The notes under the pieces are model-generated. The model worked only from the letters and a program-made list of their open reading frames with translations. It was not told the origin of the DNA and ran no database searches. Positions 50,242-59,689 of a DNA stretch of 63,912 nucleotides are shown here, piece by piece (position 1 is the stretch's first letter; the number at the start of each line of letters is the position of its first letter). A program made the translations under genes and the position numbers. This DNA is from Candidatus Babelota bacterium (GTDB lineage: Bacteria; Babelota; Babeliae; Babelales; UASB340): positions 1 to 63,912 of the forward strand of contig WJIY01000043.1 in the NCBI GenBank assembly GCA_014730005.1, given 5' to 3'.

Positions 50242-51060
50242 CTAGTACAGGCTAATTTTTTCTTGATTTGTTAGCAAACAATGATTTAGATTTTGCAAAT
50301 CTACAAGTGGTTCAACAATGATTGAATAATATAATTCTTTTGTTTTTTGAAAATTTGTTATTTTTCCTAAGCAAAAACCTTCTGGGAAAATTAACCCTTG
50401 TCCGCTTGATATTATAAAATCTTCTGGCTGTACGTTTGATAGATGATTTACATATTCCATTTTATAGGTTTTTGGATTGTTTTGACCAACTACAATTCCT
50501 TGTGCATTTGTTGTATTAGTATATCCAGCGATTTTGCTATTTTTATCAGTTATTAATAAAATTTTACTATGCCATCTATAAACTTCTGTTACTCGTCCAA
50601 TTACTTGAAATTTGTAAATTGCAATCATATCTTTTTTTATTCCATGTATTTTGCCTTTATTAATTAAGTAATAATGTTCATGTTCTGAAAAATTAGATGC
50701 GATAATTTTACAAAGTGGTGCATTAATAATTTCATATCTTTTTTGAAAATCTAAAAGTTCTTGGGTATTTATAGCGAAATTCAAGCTAGCTTTTAGTTTT
50801 ATATTTTCTTGTAGAAATTTGCTGTTTTCTTTTTCAAGGTTAATACATTTTTGTTCTAGTTCTTGGTAACTATTTCTTTTATTTAAAATGACTTGTAAAG
50901 GATACGAAATTTTGCTGCTTATATATAAAAATGGATAATTAATTGTTGCTGCGATTTGTTCAAGAATTCCAATTTTGAACATGAAAATTTTATGTGAAAT
51001 TAAAAAGAATAAAAAAATAATTAATATTATTTTTAAGCATTTAAATAACCATTTTTTCAT
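50242..51060 (-). CDS. mreC: Rod shape-determining protein MreC
   Basis: N-terminal TM, coiled coil, INKGKIHGIK, IGRV, ISSGQGLIFPEG. Confidence 0.9.
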   Translation of the reverse strand: MKKWLFKCLKIILIIFLFFLISHKIFMFKIGILEQIAATINYPFLYISSKISYPLQVILNKRNSYQELEQKCINLEKENSKFLQENIKLKASLNFAINTQELLDFQKRYEIINAPLCKIIASNFSEHEHYYLINKGKIHGIKKDMIAIYKFQVIGRVTEVYRWHSKILLITDKNSKIAGYTNTTNAQGIVVGQNNPKTYKMEYVNHLSNVQPEDFIISSGQGLIFPEGFCLGKITNFQKTKELYYSIIVEPLVDLQNLNHCLLTNQEKISLY

Positions 51061-51126
51061 TTTATTTTTTTAGTTGTAATTGAATTAAGATTTCACAAGG
51101 TTTATTTTATTTTTAAAAGCACTTTT

Positions 51127-52131
51127 TTATAATATTTTTATAAGTTCAGTTAATTTTTTTTGCATATCCTGTTCGGTTGTACATGTAACTATAGCATTTC
51201 GAATTTTTGCAGCATTTGGAATATTTTTTATATATCCAGCTATATGTGATTTTAAAAGCTTGAATCCTACTTGTGATCCATAAAATTTTGAATTTAAATT
51301 CAAATGTTCAAGTGCACTTTTAACTGATTGTTTATTTGATATATTAAATTTATTACCAATTGATTTTTGCATAATTTCGTGAATTTTCCATGGAGCTCCA
51401 AGCAATGCACGTCCTATCATAAAACCATCTACACCGGTTAATTCATATGTTTTTTTAGTAGATTCAAAACTGGTGATATTTCCTGAAAAAATAAGAGGAA
51501 TATAAACTTTTGTTTTTATTTTTTCAACTAATTTAAAATCTAATGTACCAATGAAATTTTCTTGTTGTGTTCTTGGATGTATGATTAAAAAATCAACTCC
51601 TAAATCTTGCGCCATTAAAGCTATATCGTAAGCATTTTTTTCTTTATATCCAGCTCGGATTTTTAGAGAAAAAGGAGTTCGATTATCAATTATTTTGATG
51701 CATTGGTGTATTATTTTTTGTAACTGAGAAATATTTTCCATTAATTTAGAACCAGATCCGGATCCAACAACACGTCTAGCTGGACATCCGGCGTTTAAAT
51801 TAATCATATCGAATTTTTTATCAATTATTTTTTCTATTGCTTGATGCAAAAAAATTGTAGATCCTGCTGAAATTTGAAAACAAATAGGATGCTCTATTTT
51901 ACTGTATTCAAGAGATTTTTCTTTTTTATCGTTTGCTATCGTTGCTACATGACGCATTTCTGTAAAAAGTAATATTTCGGGCGAAAAGGTTCGAATCAAT
52001 TGTCGCATAGGCGAATCTGTAATTCCATCCATAGGTGCGGACATAAATCGTGGTATATTGAAATTTTTAATTTTTATTTTTTCTTCCCAAAAAGACTTTT
52101 GTTCATTCATCTTGATTTTCCTATTAATCAA
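51127..52131 (-). CDS. dusB: tRNA-dihydrouridine synthase (DusB-like); true start may be 52110
   Basis: APMDGITD, NLNAGCP, KIRAG, HPRT, GFMIGRA. Confidence 0.88.
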   Translation of the reverse strand: MINRKIKMNEQKSFWEEKIKIKNFNIPRFMSAPMDGITDSPMRQLIRTFSPEILLFTEMRHVATIANDKKEKSLEYSKIEHPICFQISAGSTIFLHQAIEKIIDKKFDMINLNAGCPARRVVGSGSGSKLMENISQLQKIIHQCIKIIDNRTPFSLKIRAGYKEKNAYDIALMAQDLGVDFLIIHPRTQQENFIGTLDFKLVEKIKTKVYIPLIFSGNITSFESTKKTYELTGVDGFMIGRALLGAPWKIHEIMQKSIGNKFNISNKQSVKSALEHLNLNSKFYGSQVGFKLLKSHIAGYIKNIPNAAKIRNAIVTCTTEQDMQKKLTELIKIL

Positions 52132-53557
52132 ATCCCTTTGGATTTTTTAGATGATAGTCAGTATTTTGCTCATAAGCATACGCGACTTGGTAAAGTAATT
52201 CTTCAGATAATCTTGGTCCAATAAATTGAAATCCTATGGGTAAATTATCTTTAGAAAAACCACAAGGTATAGAAAGGGCGGGATTTCCTGTGATACAATT
52301 TGGAACAGTAAAATAATCCGCCATATACATTGCAAGTGGATCTTGACTTGTTTTTCCTATTTCAAAAGGAAGCATTGGAGTTGTTGGGCTTAATAATAAA
52401 TCAACCTCTTTAAATGCTTGTTCAAATTCTGATCGAATCATTGCACGAATATGATTTGCTTTATTATAAAAGGCATCTTTATGTTTTGAACTGAGAACAT
52501 AATTTCCCATTAATATTCTGCGTTTAACCTCTATTCCAAAACCATCGTGTCGGGTTTTAACATACATTTCTTGTAATGTTTTAGCTTCTTTATCGCGCAT
52601 TCCGTATAGTGAGCCATCAAAACGAGCCAAATTAGATGCAGCTTCGGCTCTGCTTATAATAAAATAAACAGATATTCCGTATTTTAAATCGGGCAACGCA
52701 ATATATTTAATATTTGCACCTAGCTTTTCTAAATGTTCAACCGATTCTTGAAATTTTTCTTTAATTTCATTGTCTACACCGTCCGATTCTAATGAATCTT
52801 TTATTATTCCAAGAGTTAAGTTTTGGGGTAATTTACCATTTAAATTTTTGGTAAAATCTTGTTTGTTTCTAAATAAAGAAGTAGAATCTTTAAAATCATG
52901 GCCCGATAAAATTGATGAAATTAGTGCGTTATCATAAACAGACTTAGTTAAAGGTCCTATTTGATCGGTGGAAGATGTAAATGCAACAAGACCAAATCTT
53001 GAATTAGTCCCATATGTTGGATAAAGACCTACGAGACCACAAAATGCTGCAGGTTGTCTGACAGATCCACCAGTTTCTGATCCTAAAGCAAAAGGTACTA
53101 ATCCTGCGGCAACTGCAGCTGCAGAACCTGAACTAGAACCACCGGGAACTCTTTTTACATTCCATGGATTTTTTGTAATTTGATATGCAGAATATTCTCC
53201 GGTTCCTCCCATTGCAAATTCATCCATGTTTGTTCTTCCAAGAAGTACGGCGCCTTCTTTTTTTAAGCGGCTAATAGTTGTTGCATTGTATGGTGATGTA
53301 TAGTTATTTAAAATCTTGGATCCACAAGAAAGTTTTCTTCCTTTTTGTGAAATATTATCTTTTATTAATCCAGGTATTCCTGTAAGTTTGCCTTGATATT
53401 TTTTATTTTCAGTGTTTTCAAATATTTCAAGAGTAGACTTTAAAATAGGATCATATTTTTTTATTCGGTCGGAATAAAAATTATTTATATCTTGTGGAGT
53501 GACTTCTTTTTTTGAAAGTTTTTCTTTGAGTTGTTTTATTGTTAAAAAAGCTTTCAT
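52124..53557 (-). CDS. gatA: Asp/Glu-tRNA amidotransferase subunit A
   Basis: IKDNI, TNMDEFAMG, PGGSSSGSA, GSETGGSVRQPA, EVKRRIL. Confidence 0.96.
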   Translation of the reverse strand: MKAFLTIKQLKEKLSKKEVTPQDINNFYSDRIKKYDPILKSTLEIFENTENKKYQGKLTGIPGLIKDNISQKGRKLSCGSKILNNYTSPYNATTISRLKKEGAVLLGRTNMDEFAMGGTGEYSAYQITKNPWNVKRVPGGSSSGSAAAVAAGLVPFALGSETGGSVRQPAAFCGLVGLYPTYGTNSRFGLVAFTSSTDQIGPLTKSVYDNALISSILSGHDFKDSTSLFRNKQDFTKNLNGKLPQNLTLGIIKDSLESDGVDNEIKEKFQESVEHLEKLGANIKYIALPDLKYGISVYFIISRAEAASNLARFDGSLYGMRDKEAKTLQEMYVKTRHDGFGIEVKRRILMGNYVLSSKHKDAFYNKANHIRAMIRSEFEQAFKEVDLLLSPTTPMLPFEIGKTSQDPLAMYMADYFTVPNCITGNPALSIPCGFSKDNLPIGFQFIGPRLSEELLYQVAYAYEQNTDYHLKNPKGFD

Positions 53558-53571
53558 ATTTTCCTTTTAAA

Positions 53572-53862
53572 TTACTTTATATTTTTTTTTAGAACCTTAG
53601 GAACAACAAAGTAAGTATTTTTAGATTTAGGTGCTTGTTTCAATATTGGCGTTGAATCAAATTGAAATACTTTGTCTTCGCGAAATAAATTTACATTTTT
53701 TATAGGAGCTAATTCTTTGGAAAGCTCAACCTTTTCTAATTCTTCTGTGTAATTAAGTACGAGTTTGATTTGATTTAGCAAAATGGCAATTTCTTCATCA
53801 TTTAATTGAAGACCTGAAAGATTTGCGAGTTTTATAAGTTCTTCTTTTTCAAATTTGATCAT
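53572..53862 (-). CDS. gatC: Asp/Glu-tRNA amidotransferase subunit C
   Basis: KLANLSGL, FRED, APKSKNTYFVVPKV; lies upstream of gatA. Confidence 0.9.
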   Translation of the reverse strand: MIKFEKEELIKLANLSGLQLNDEEIAILLNQIKLVLNYTEELEKVELSKELAPIKNVNLFREDKVFQFDSTPILKQAPKSKNTYFVVPKVLKKNIK

Positions 53863-53871
53863 TTTTTACCC

Positions 53872-55239
53872 TTAATTTTTTTTGAAATGAAATGCGGAAG
53901 AGGTATTTATTTTTAAAGCATCACCGTCTTTAAAAGTTGTTATTAGCAGGGCTAGAAGATTTGGTAATGCAATTGGAAGCAAGAGCAAATCAGTAAATCG
54001 TGCTAAAAGTTCAACATCAAGAATTGATGAAAAGAAAATTATAAACGCAGTTGTTACGTAATAACACTTTAAATATTTTTTATTGGAAATATATAATAAA
54101 CATTGACTTCCATTATAGCTGTTTCCAAGAATTGTTCCGATAGCGAATAATAGAGCACTAAAAAGAAATATTGCTATTCCAATTGTTGGAAAATATATTG
54201 AAAATGATTTAGCTATTATATTTATCCCAACTCCAAGTTCAGGATCTTGCCAGGTTTGTGTTAAAAGAACAATTAAGCCAGAAATTGTGCACATTATCCC
54301 ATTCGAAAATGTTGAAATTATTGCTAATATTCCTTGTGAGGTTGGTTTTTTTGTTTGAGCCATAGAATGTGGAAATGTGGCGATGCCTGTTCCAGATTCA
54401 TTTGTATAAAAACCTTTAGCCAATCCCCAGCGCATTGCACTTAAAAATCCATATCCTGCTCCAGCTCCTAAAATTGCTTGTGGTGTAAAAGCTGTTCTAA
54501 ATATCATATTTATAACTTTTGGGAGTTGATTTAAATTTTTAAAAATAATCCAAAAACTTCCTGCAAAATAAACGATGAACATTAGAGGAACAATTTTAGC
54601 TGAAAAATCACCAATACGCTGTATTCCGCCTATTAAAATATAAGTTATTGTTATAGCTATTATTATACCGGTGAAATGAGTGGGAATTCCGCGGGCTTGT
54701 AAAAGATCAGCAATTGTATTTGCTTGAGCTCCCGAATAGATAATTACAGTTACAAGTCCTGCATATGCGAATAATTTGGCATAAAAATTTGATAGTGCTT
54801 TTTTTATATAAATTAATACTCCACCAGTTATTGAACCATCAGGATGTTCTTCACGATATTTAACGGCATATGTAACTTCAGTAAACGTTAAAGCGCTTCC
54901 AAAAAGTGTTACTAATAAAAACCCTAAAAGTGCTCCAGGTCCACCTAATTTTATAGCAATTGCGGGTGCAAACATATTTCCAACACCAACAGCTGTGGAC
55001 ATAGCTGTAAATAGTGCTTTATATGCAGGTATAGTATCAGCATCACCAATAATTGTTTTTTTTTTGAAAATGCTTTGAAAAAGTAACGGAAACATTTTTG
55101 GAATTGTTCTAAATTGTACAAATCGAGTTTTAAAGGTTAAAAAAACTGAAATAGTTAAAATCAAAAATGATAAAAATAATGGAATTATTTCAGTTACATG
55201 TTTAAAAATTATGCTAAATGACATTAAAATTACTCCCAT
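53872..55239 (-). CDS. Alanine/glycine:cation symporter (AGCS) family protein
   Basis: TAVGVGN, GGPGAL, GGIQRIG, FYTNESGTG, PNLLAL. Confidence 0.92.
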   Translation of the reverse strand: MGVILMSFSIIFKHVTEIIPLFLSFLILTISVFLTFKTRFVQFRTIPKMFPLLFQSIFKKKTIIGDADTIPAYKALFTAMSTAVGVGNMFAPAIAIKLGGPGALLGFLLVTLFGSALTFTEVTYAVKYREEHPDGSITGGVLIYIKKALSNFYAKLFAYAGLVTVIIYSGAQANTIADLLQARGIPTHFTGIIIAITITYILIGGIQRIGDFSAKIVPLMFIVYFAGSFWIIFKNLNQLPKVINMIFRTAFTPQAILGAGAGYGFLSAMRWGLAKGFYTNESGTGIATFPHSMAQTKKPTSQGILAIISTFSNGIMCTISGLIVLLTQTWQDPELGVGINIIAKSFSIYFPTIGIAIFLFSALLFAIGTILGNSYNGSQCLLYISNKKYLKCYYVTTAFIIFFSSILDVELLARFTDLLLLPIALPNLLALLITTFKDGDALKINTSSAFHFKKN

Positions 55240-55408
55240 TTTTTAATTTTAAGATAAACTTTTCACTACAAAGATTTTTTTTTGAAGAAATTTTATTTAT
55301 GCAGATTCTATGGGGGCAAATAAGAAAATTTTCAAGACATGTATTTTATAACAAATTATTTTATTTCAAGCAATAAAGGTTGATTTTGGAGCTGTTTACT
55401 AATAATTA

Positions 55409-55722
55409 ATGCGGTTTAATAACTGATATACACAAAAATAGTTATTTTACTAACCCTTAGGTACAATTTTTTTCCCCGTTCATCCTAACTGATTTTGCTT
55501 TGTAAAATTGTATCAAAGGGTTATCCCTTTTGGCCGACATAGTTTTTCTGATCAATATCAGCATTCTTGCAAACAATAGAAGCAAGGGAGAATATATCAG
55601 AAGATATAGAATTTCGAGAAATCACTGCAACCTCCGCCATAATGTTATGGCGGAGGTTGCAGTGGGTGCATATTTATAGACATGCAATTTATTTTATTGC
55701 AAAACAATTATCGAGTTTGCGT
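55409..55722 (-). mobile_element. IS982-related MITE-like element (copy 2, 314 bp) with TAATTA target duplication
   Basis: End TTATCGAGTTTGCGT at 55722; TAATTA at 55403-55408 and 55723-55728; both termini and an internal unit match 34339-34650 in reverse orientation. Confidence 0.62.
55623..55664. terminator. Perfect 20-bp GC-rich inverted repeat inside the MITE, downstream of the 55722-57044 gene
   Basis: CACTGCAACCTCCGCCATAA-TG-TTATGGCGGAGGTTGCAGTG. Confidence 0.55.
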
Positions 55723-57044
55723 TAATTAATTTGATTAGTTTTTAATAAATCGTATCTTTTGAAGGCTAAGAGAATTATTCCTAAAACATTGGGTATCGCA
55801 AGGGGGATTAGACATAAATCTGTAATTTTGGCTAAAGTTTCAACTTCTGAAATTGAACCTATAAAAATTATAAGTGCAATAAAAATATAATAATATTTCA
55901 ATCCTTGATTTTGAGTAGCATATAAAAAACACTGACTGCCATTATAGCTGTTTCCAACAATTGTGCCAAAAGCAAAAAGCAATGCGCTGAGCATTAAAAT
56001 TATTATTCCTATTGAGCCAAAGTATAATTTAAGAGATTGCGCAAGAATATTTATACCTATGCCTAAATTTGAGTTTAACCATGTATCTGTTAAAAGGACA
56101 GTTAATCCAGAAAGAAGACACAAGAAGCCATTTGAATAAACTGAAAGCATAGATAAAATTCCTTGATTTATTGGAGTTTTTGATTGTGACATGGAATGTG
56201 GAATTGTGGGAAACCCCAAGCCTGCTTCATTTGCAAAAAAACCTTTAGCAAGTCCCCAGCGAAAGGCTGTATGAAAACCAAAAGCTGTTCCTGCTCCGAA
56301 GATTGCTTTAGGAGTAAACGCGGAACGAAATATTAAATTTATTGTAGATGGTAATTTTTCAATATTAAAAATAATTATCCAAAGAGTAGCAAAACAATAT
56401 AATAAAAACATTACAGGAACCAGCCTGGCTGAAAAATTACCGACACGTTGTATTCCTCCAAGTAAAATGTATGTAATAGTGATTGCAAGTATTATACCTG
56501 TAATATAACCGGGAATACCTCTGGGTTTTAATAAATCTGATAGGGCATTAGCTTGATTGCTAGACCACACAACTAAAGTCAAAAAACCGGCATATGCATA
56601 AAGCATAGAAAAAGATTGGGGTAATACTTGCTTTATATATTGCATTGGTCCTCCACTAATTGTACCATCCAAGTTTTCTTTTCGATATTTTAGTGCAAAT
56701 GTTACTTCTACAAATGTTGAAGCACTACCAAAAATTGCTGCTAGTAGAAAGCCTAAAAGTGCTCCAGGGCCTCCAAGTTTTATTGCAATAATAGGACTTA
56801 CTATATTTCCAATTCCAATAGAAGTTGACATAGCAGTAAATAGAGCTTTATATGCAGGTATTGTATCGGTTGTAAACTGCTTTTTCTTTTTAAAAAAACT
56901 TTGAAATAATAATTTAAACATTTCAGGAATCATACGAAATTGTACAAATCGAGTTTTGAATGTAAGAATTATTGTTCCCGATAAGATAAAAAGTGAAATT
57001 GCAAGAAGTATGACATCTAAAGTTTTATTTAAGGTAAAAAACAC
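55722..57044 (-). CDS. Alanine/glycine:cation symporter (AGCS) family protein, second paralog
   Basis: TSIGIGNI, GGPGAL, GGPMQY, FFANEAGLG, PNVLGI. Confidence 0.92.
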   Translation of the reverse strand: MFFTLNKTLDVILLAISLFILSGTIILTFKTRFVQFRMIPEMFKLLFQSFFKKKKQFTTDTIPAYKALFTAMSTSIGIGNIVSPIIAIKLGGPGALLGFLLAAIFGSASTFVEVTFALKYRKENLDGTISGGPMQYIKQVLPQSFSMLYAYAGFLTLVVWSSNQANALSDLLKPRGIPGYITGIILAITITYILLGGIQRVGNFSARLVPVMFLLYCFATLWIIIFNIEKLPSTINLIFRSAFTPKAIFGAGTAFGFHTAFRWGLAKGFFANEAGLGFPTIPHSMSQSKTPINQGILSMLSVYSNGFLCLLSGLTVLLTDTWLNSNLGIGINILAQSLKLYFGSIGIIILMLSALLFAFGTIVGNSYNGSQCFLYATQNQGLKYYYIFIALIIFIGSISEVETLAKITDLCLIPLAIPNVLGIILLAFKRYDLLKTNQIN

Positions 57045-57109
57045 ACAAACCCTTTATTTTTTGATTTCAAACAGTTTGATTTATGACAATAGAAACGAGG
57101 CATCGTTGA

Positions 57110-58489
57110 TCATAATTTCTTTTTTTGCCATTTTGGTGTTTTGATTCTAAGTAAAAAGATAATCCCTAAAAGACCTGTTGTAAAATAGAATGTACCATAT
57201 ACAAGTGCAAATTTAATTACGGGGTTTCCCAATTCCATATGGGAAAAAATATAAGCTAAAGGAGTAAAGAATAATCCAAAACATAATACTCTTGCAGCCA
57301 TTACAGTTAAAACATCTCCAGCACCTCTTAAAGCTCCAGCAAGAATTAATTGAATAAAATCAAATACTACTAAAAGACTAACTAAAATTAATGCTGACGA
57401 TGCAAAGTGTGTAAATTTGTTTTTTTGATCAAAAAAACTTACAAAAAATTCTGATTTTAAACATAAAATGCTAATTGTTGTAGCTACCATTACGGAAGTT
57501 AAAATCATTACCTTTTTAATGTTTGCTTTTGCACCTAATGGATCTTTAGCTCCTAATCGGTTGCTAACAAGAAAGGTAATTACTTGAGCAAATGCTACTG
57601 CTGGTAAAATAGCAAAGCGTTCAAGATTTTTTATTATTCCAAAAGATGCAATTGCATATTTTCCCATGGGTGCGATCATGGAACTTAACCAAACGTAAGA
57701 AAATGCTAATGAACCTTTGTCTAAGATAATAGGCCAACTTAAATTTAAAAGTTTCAGTGCACCTCGCGAATTAAAATAAGATATAAATATTTTTGAAAAA
57801 TATTTATTATATTCTGTTTTTGTAAGAATATAATAAAGCGATGCTGTAATTATGGTTATGTATTGTATTATTGTTGCAATAGCAGAGCCTGTTAATCCCA
57901 TTTGTTCAAATCCAAATTTGCCTAAAACTAGTATGTAGTCACAAATTATAAAAGTTGATATTCCTAAGATATAGATAACCATTGGTGCTTGAGTATTTTT
58001 AATACCACGTAGAAATGCAAAAAAACTTAAAGAGATGAAAGTTAATAAAATACCAATTGATCGCAGTTTAAGAAAAGGTGCACCAAGAGTAGCCATTTGA
58101 GTAGGGACACCCATGAGTTGAAATATTTGTTTTGACCATAAAAATAATGGTAGTGCAAATATTATGCCTATTATTGTTGTTGTCCAAAAAGCATCTCCAA
58201 GATCTTTTCCACATTTAGAATATTCTTTTGCACCATTATGCCGTCCAATAATTGCAATTGTAGCAACAGGAATTCCTTCGGCTAATTTTATGAGAAGATG
58301 TAAAAAATTATTTGCCATTTCGAGTGCGCCATATGTTGTTGTTGATTTAAGGCTAGCTACTAAATATGAATCAATTAATGGTGGAAGTGAGATTAACATT
58401 GTGGCAGATATTAATTCTGGAAGCCATAAAGATATTATTTCTTTTGTGGATTCTCCATTTTCTCTCATTTCCTTTATTTTATCTGTCAT
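57110..58489 (-). CDS. MATE family efflux transporter
   Basis: LRGIKNTQAPM, MGLTGSAIAT, GALRGAGD; about 12 TM. Confidence 0.9.
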   Translation of the reverse strand: MTDKIKEMRENGESTKEIISLWLPELISATMLISLPPLIDSYLVASLKSTTTYGALEMANNFLHLLIKLAEGIPVATIAIIGRHNGAKEYSKCGKDLGDAFWTTTIIGIIFALPLFLWSKQIFQLMGVPTQMATLGAPFLKLRSIGILLTFISLSFFAFLRGIKNTQAPMVIYILGISTFIICDYILVLGKFGFEQMGLTGSAIATIIQYITIITASLYYILTKTEYNKYFSKIFISYFNSRGALKLLNLSWPIILDKGSLAFSYVWLSSMIAPMGKYAIASFGIIKNLERFAILPAVAFAQVITFLVSNRLGAKDPLGAKANIKKVMILTSVMVATTISILCLKSEFFVSFFDQKNKFTHFASSALILVSLLVVFDFIQLILAGALRGAGDVLTVMAARVLCFGLFFTPLAYIFSHMELGNPVIKFALVYGTFYFTTGLLGIIFLLRIKTPKWQKKKL

Positions 58490-58585
58490 AAGAAAATCCT
58501 TTTTAAAAAAACAAAAAATTATTAATCTATTGTTATGAATTGAAAATTTTATGCATAAAGGAAAAATTGAATAGGTTAACTGTAG

Positions 58586-59446
58586 ATGAAAAGTCGGATC
58601 TTTGCAACTTTTAGAATTACGACGATTTTATTTTTTAGATTTATTGCATTTGTTGTTTTTATATTTTCAAAAAAACGAAAACCGATTGCATTAAAAAATA
58701 TTAACTTGTGTTTTCCCGCTAGAACGATTATTGAGAAACAAAGAAATCGAGATATTTTGAAAAATAGTTTTCTCAATTTAGGACATGCTGCTGCAGATTT
58801 TTTTTTATTACGTTTTTATAACAAAAATAATATAGATAAATATTTAAAAGTTACAGGTTTTGAACATTTGCAGGTGGCTTTAAAGAAAAATAAGGGGTTA
58901 ATTTTTTCAACGGCACATTTTGGTAGTTGTGAATTGGCCGCGCATTTTTTAGCATTAAAAGGTTTGAAAAGTTTAATTTTATATAATCCAATAAAAAAAC
59001 CTATTTGGTTTGAAAAATTTGTTAAAAACAACAGAGAGATCAGCGGAAATATTTTAGTTGCAAAACAAAAGGCTCTTTTGCCAATTTATAGAGCTTTGCA
59101 AAATAAGAAGATTGTTTGTTTTTTGACAGATCAAAATTGTATTCCAAATGATGGAAGAAGGGTACCATTATTTGGTCATAATGTATGGACACATACAGCT
59201 TTTATTAATTTGAGTTTAAAAACAAAATCACCTATTTTGACTGGTTTTATTTTTATAAAAAATTTATTTGAATATGAAATTAAAATTTTTCCTCCATTAT
59301 GCCCGGAGGAATATGAAAAAAATGATGATCCAGAAAAAGCGATGGTTCTCGCCAGCAATAAAGTATTAGAATGTGCAATTAATAAATCACCTGAACAATG
59401 GATGTGGCAACACAGGAGATTTAAAAATATCAATTTACCCGTTTGA
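58586..59446 (+). CDS. lpxL: Lipid A lauroyl/late acyltransferase (LpxL/HtrB family)
   Basis: NINLCFP, TAHFGSCE (H4xE), LTDQ, PEQWMWQHRRFK. Confidence 0.82.
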   Translation: MKSRIFATFRITTILFFRFIAFVVFIFSKKRKPIALKNINLCFPARTIIEKQRNRDILKNSFLNLGHAAADFFLLRFYNKNNIDKYLKVTGFEHLQVALKKNKGLIFSTAHFGSCELAAHFLALKGLKSLILYNPIKKPIWFEKFVKNNREISGNILVAKQKALLPIYRALQNKKIVCFLTDQNCIPNDGRRVPLFGHNVWTHTAFINLSLKTKSPILTGFIFIKNLFEYEIKIFPPLCPEEYEKNDDPEKAMVLASNKVLECAINKSPEQWMWQHRRFKNINLPV

Positions 59447-59477
59447 TTTTTATTTGTTTTCAAATAATATTGTTTTA

Positions 59478-59637
59478 ACATTAACTCTGGATAAGAAATG
59501 AAAAAACCTCGAGACGTACGTGAAAAGGCTAAGTACTATTGAAAATAGGATATTCTTAATGGGTTTAATCAATATTTTTTTAAAAAATATTTATATTTGA
59601 ATAAAATTATATGATTTTATTATTCAGAAGTTTGCAT
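59478..59637. mobile_element. Degenerate IS982-like MITE remnant
   Basis: Begins ACATTAACTCTGGATAAGAAATGAAAAAA, ends TTATTCAGAAGTTTGCAT; left end recurs at 61455. Confidence 0.4.
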
Positions 59638-59689
59638 TAAGTTATTTAGTTTGGGGTGTAACAATAAATTTAATTGTAAAGAATCTAAA

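Noticed and set aside
55240..55720. Glycine riboswitch upstream of an AGCS gene
   Set aside because: No recognisable GGAGA...CCGAAG...CTCAGG aptamer motifs on the minus strand; the region is explained by the MITE
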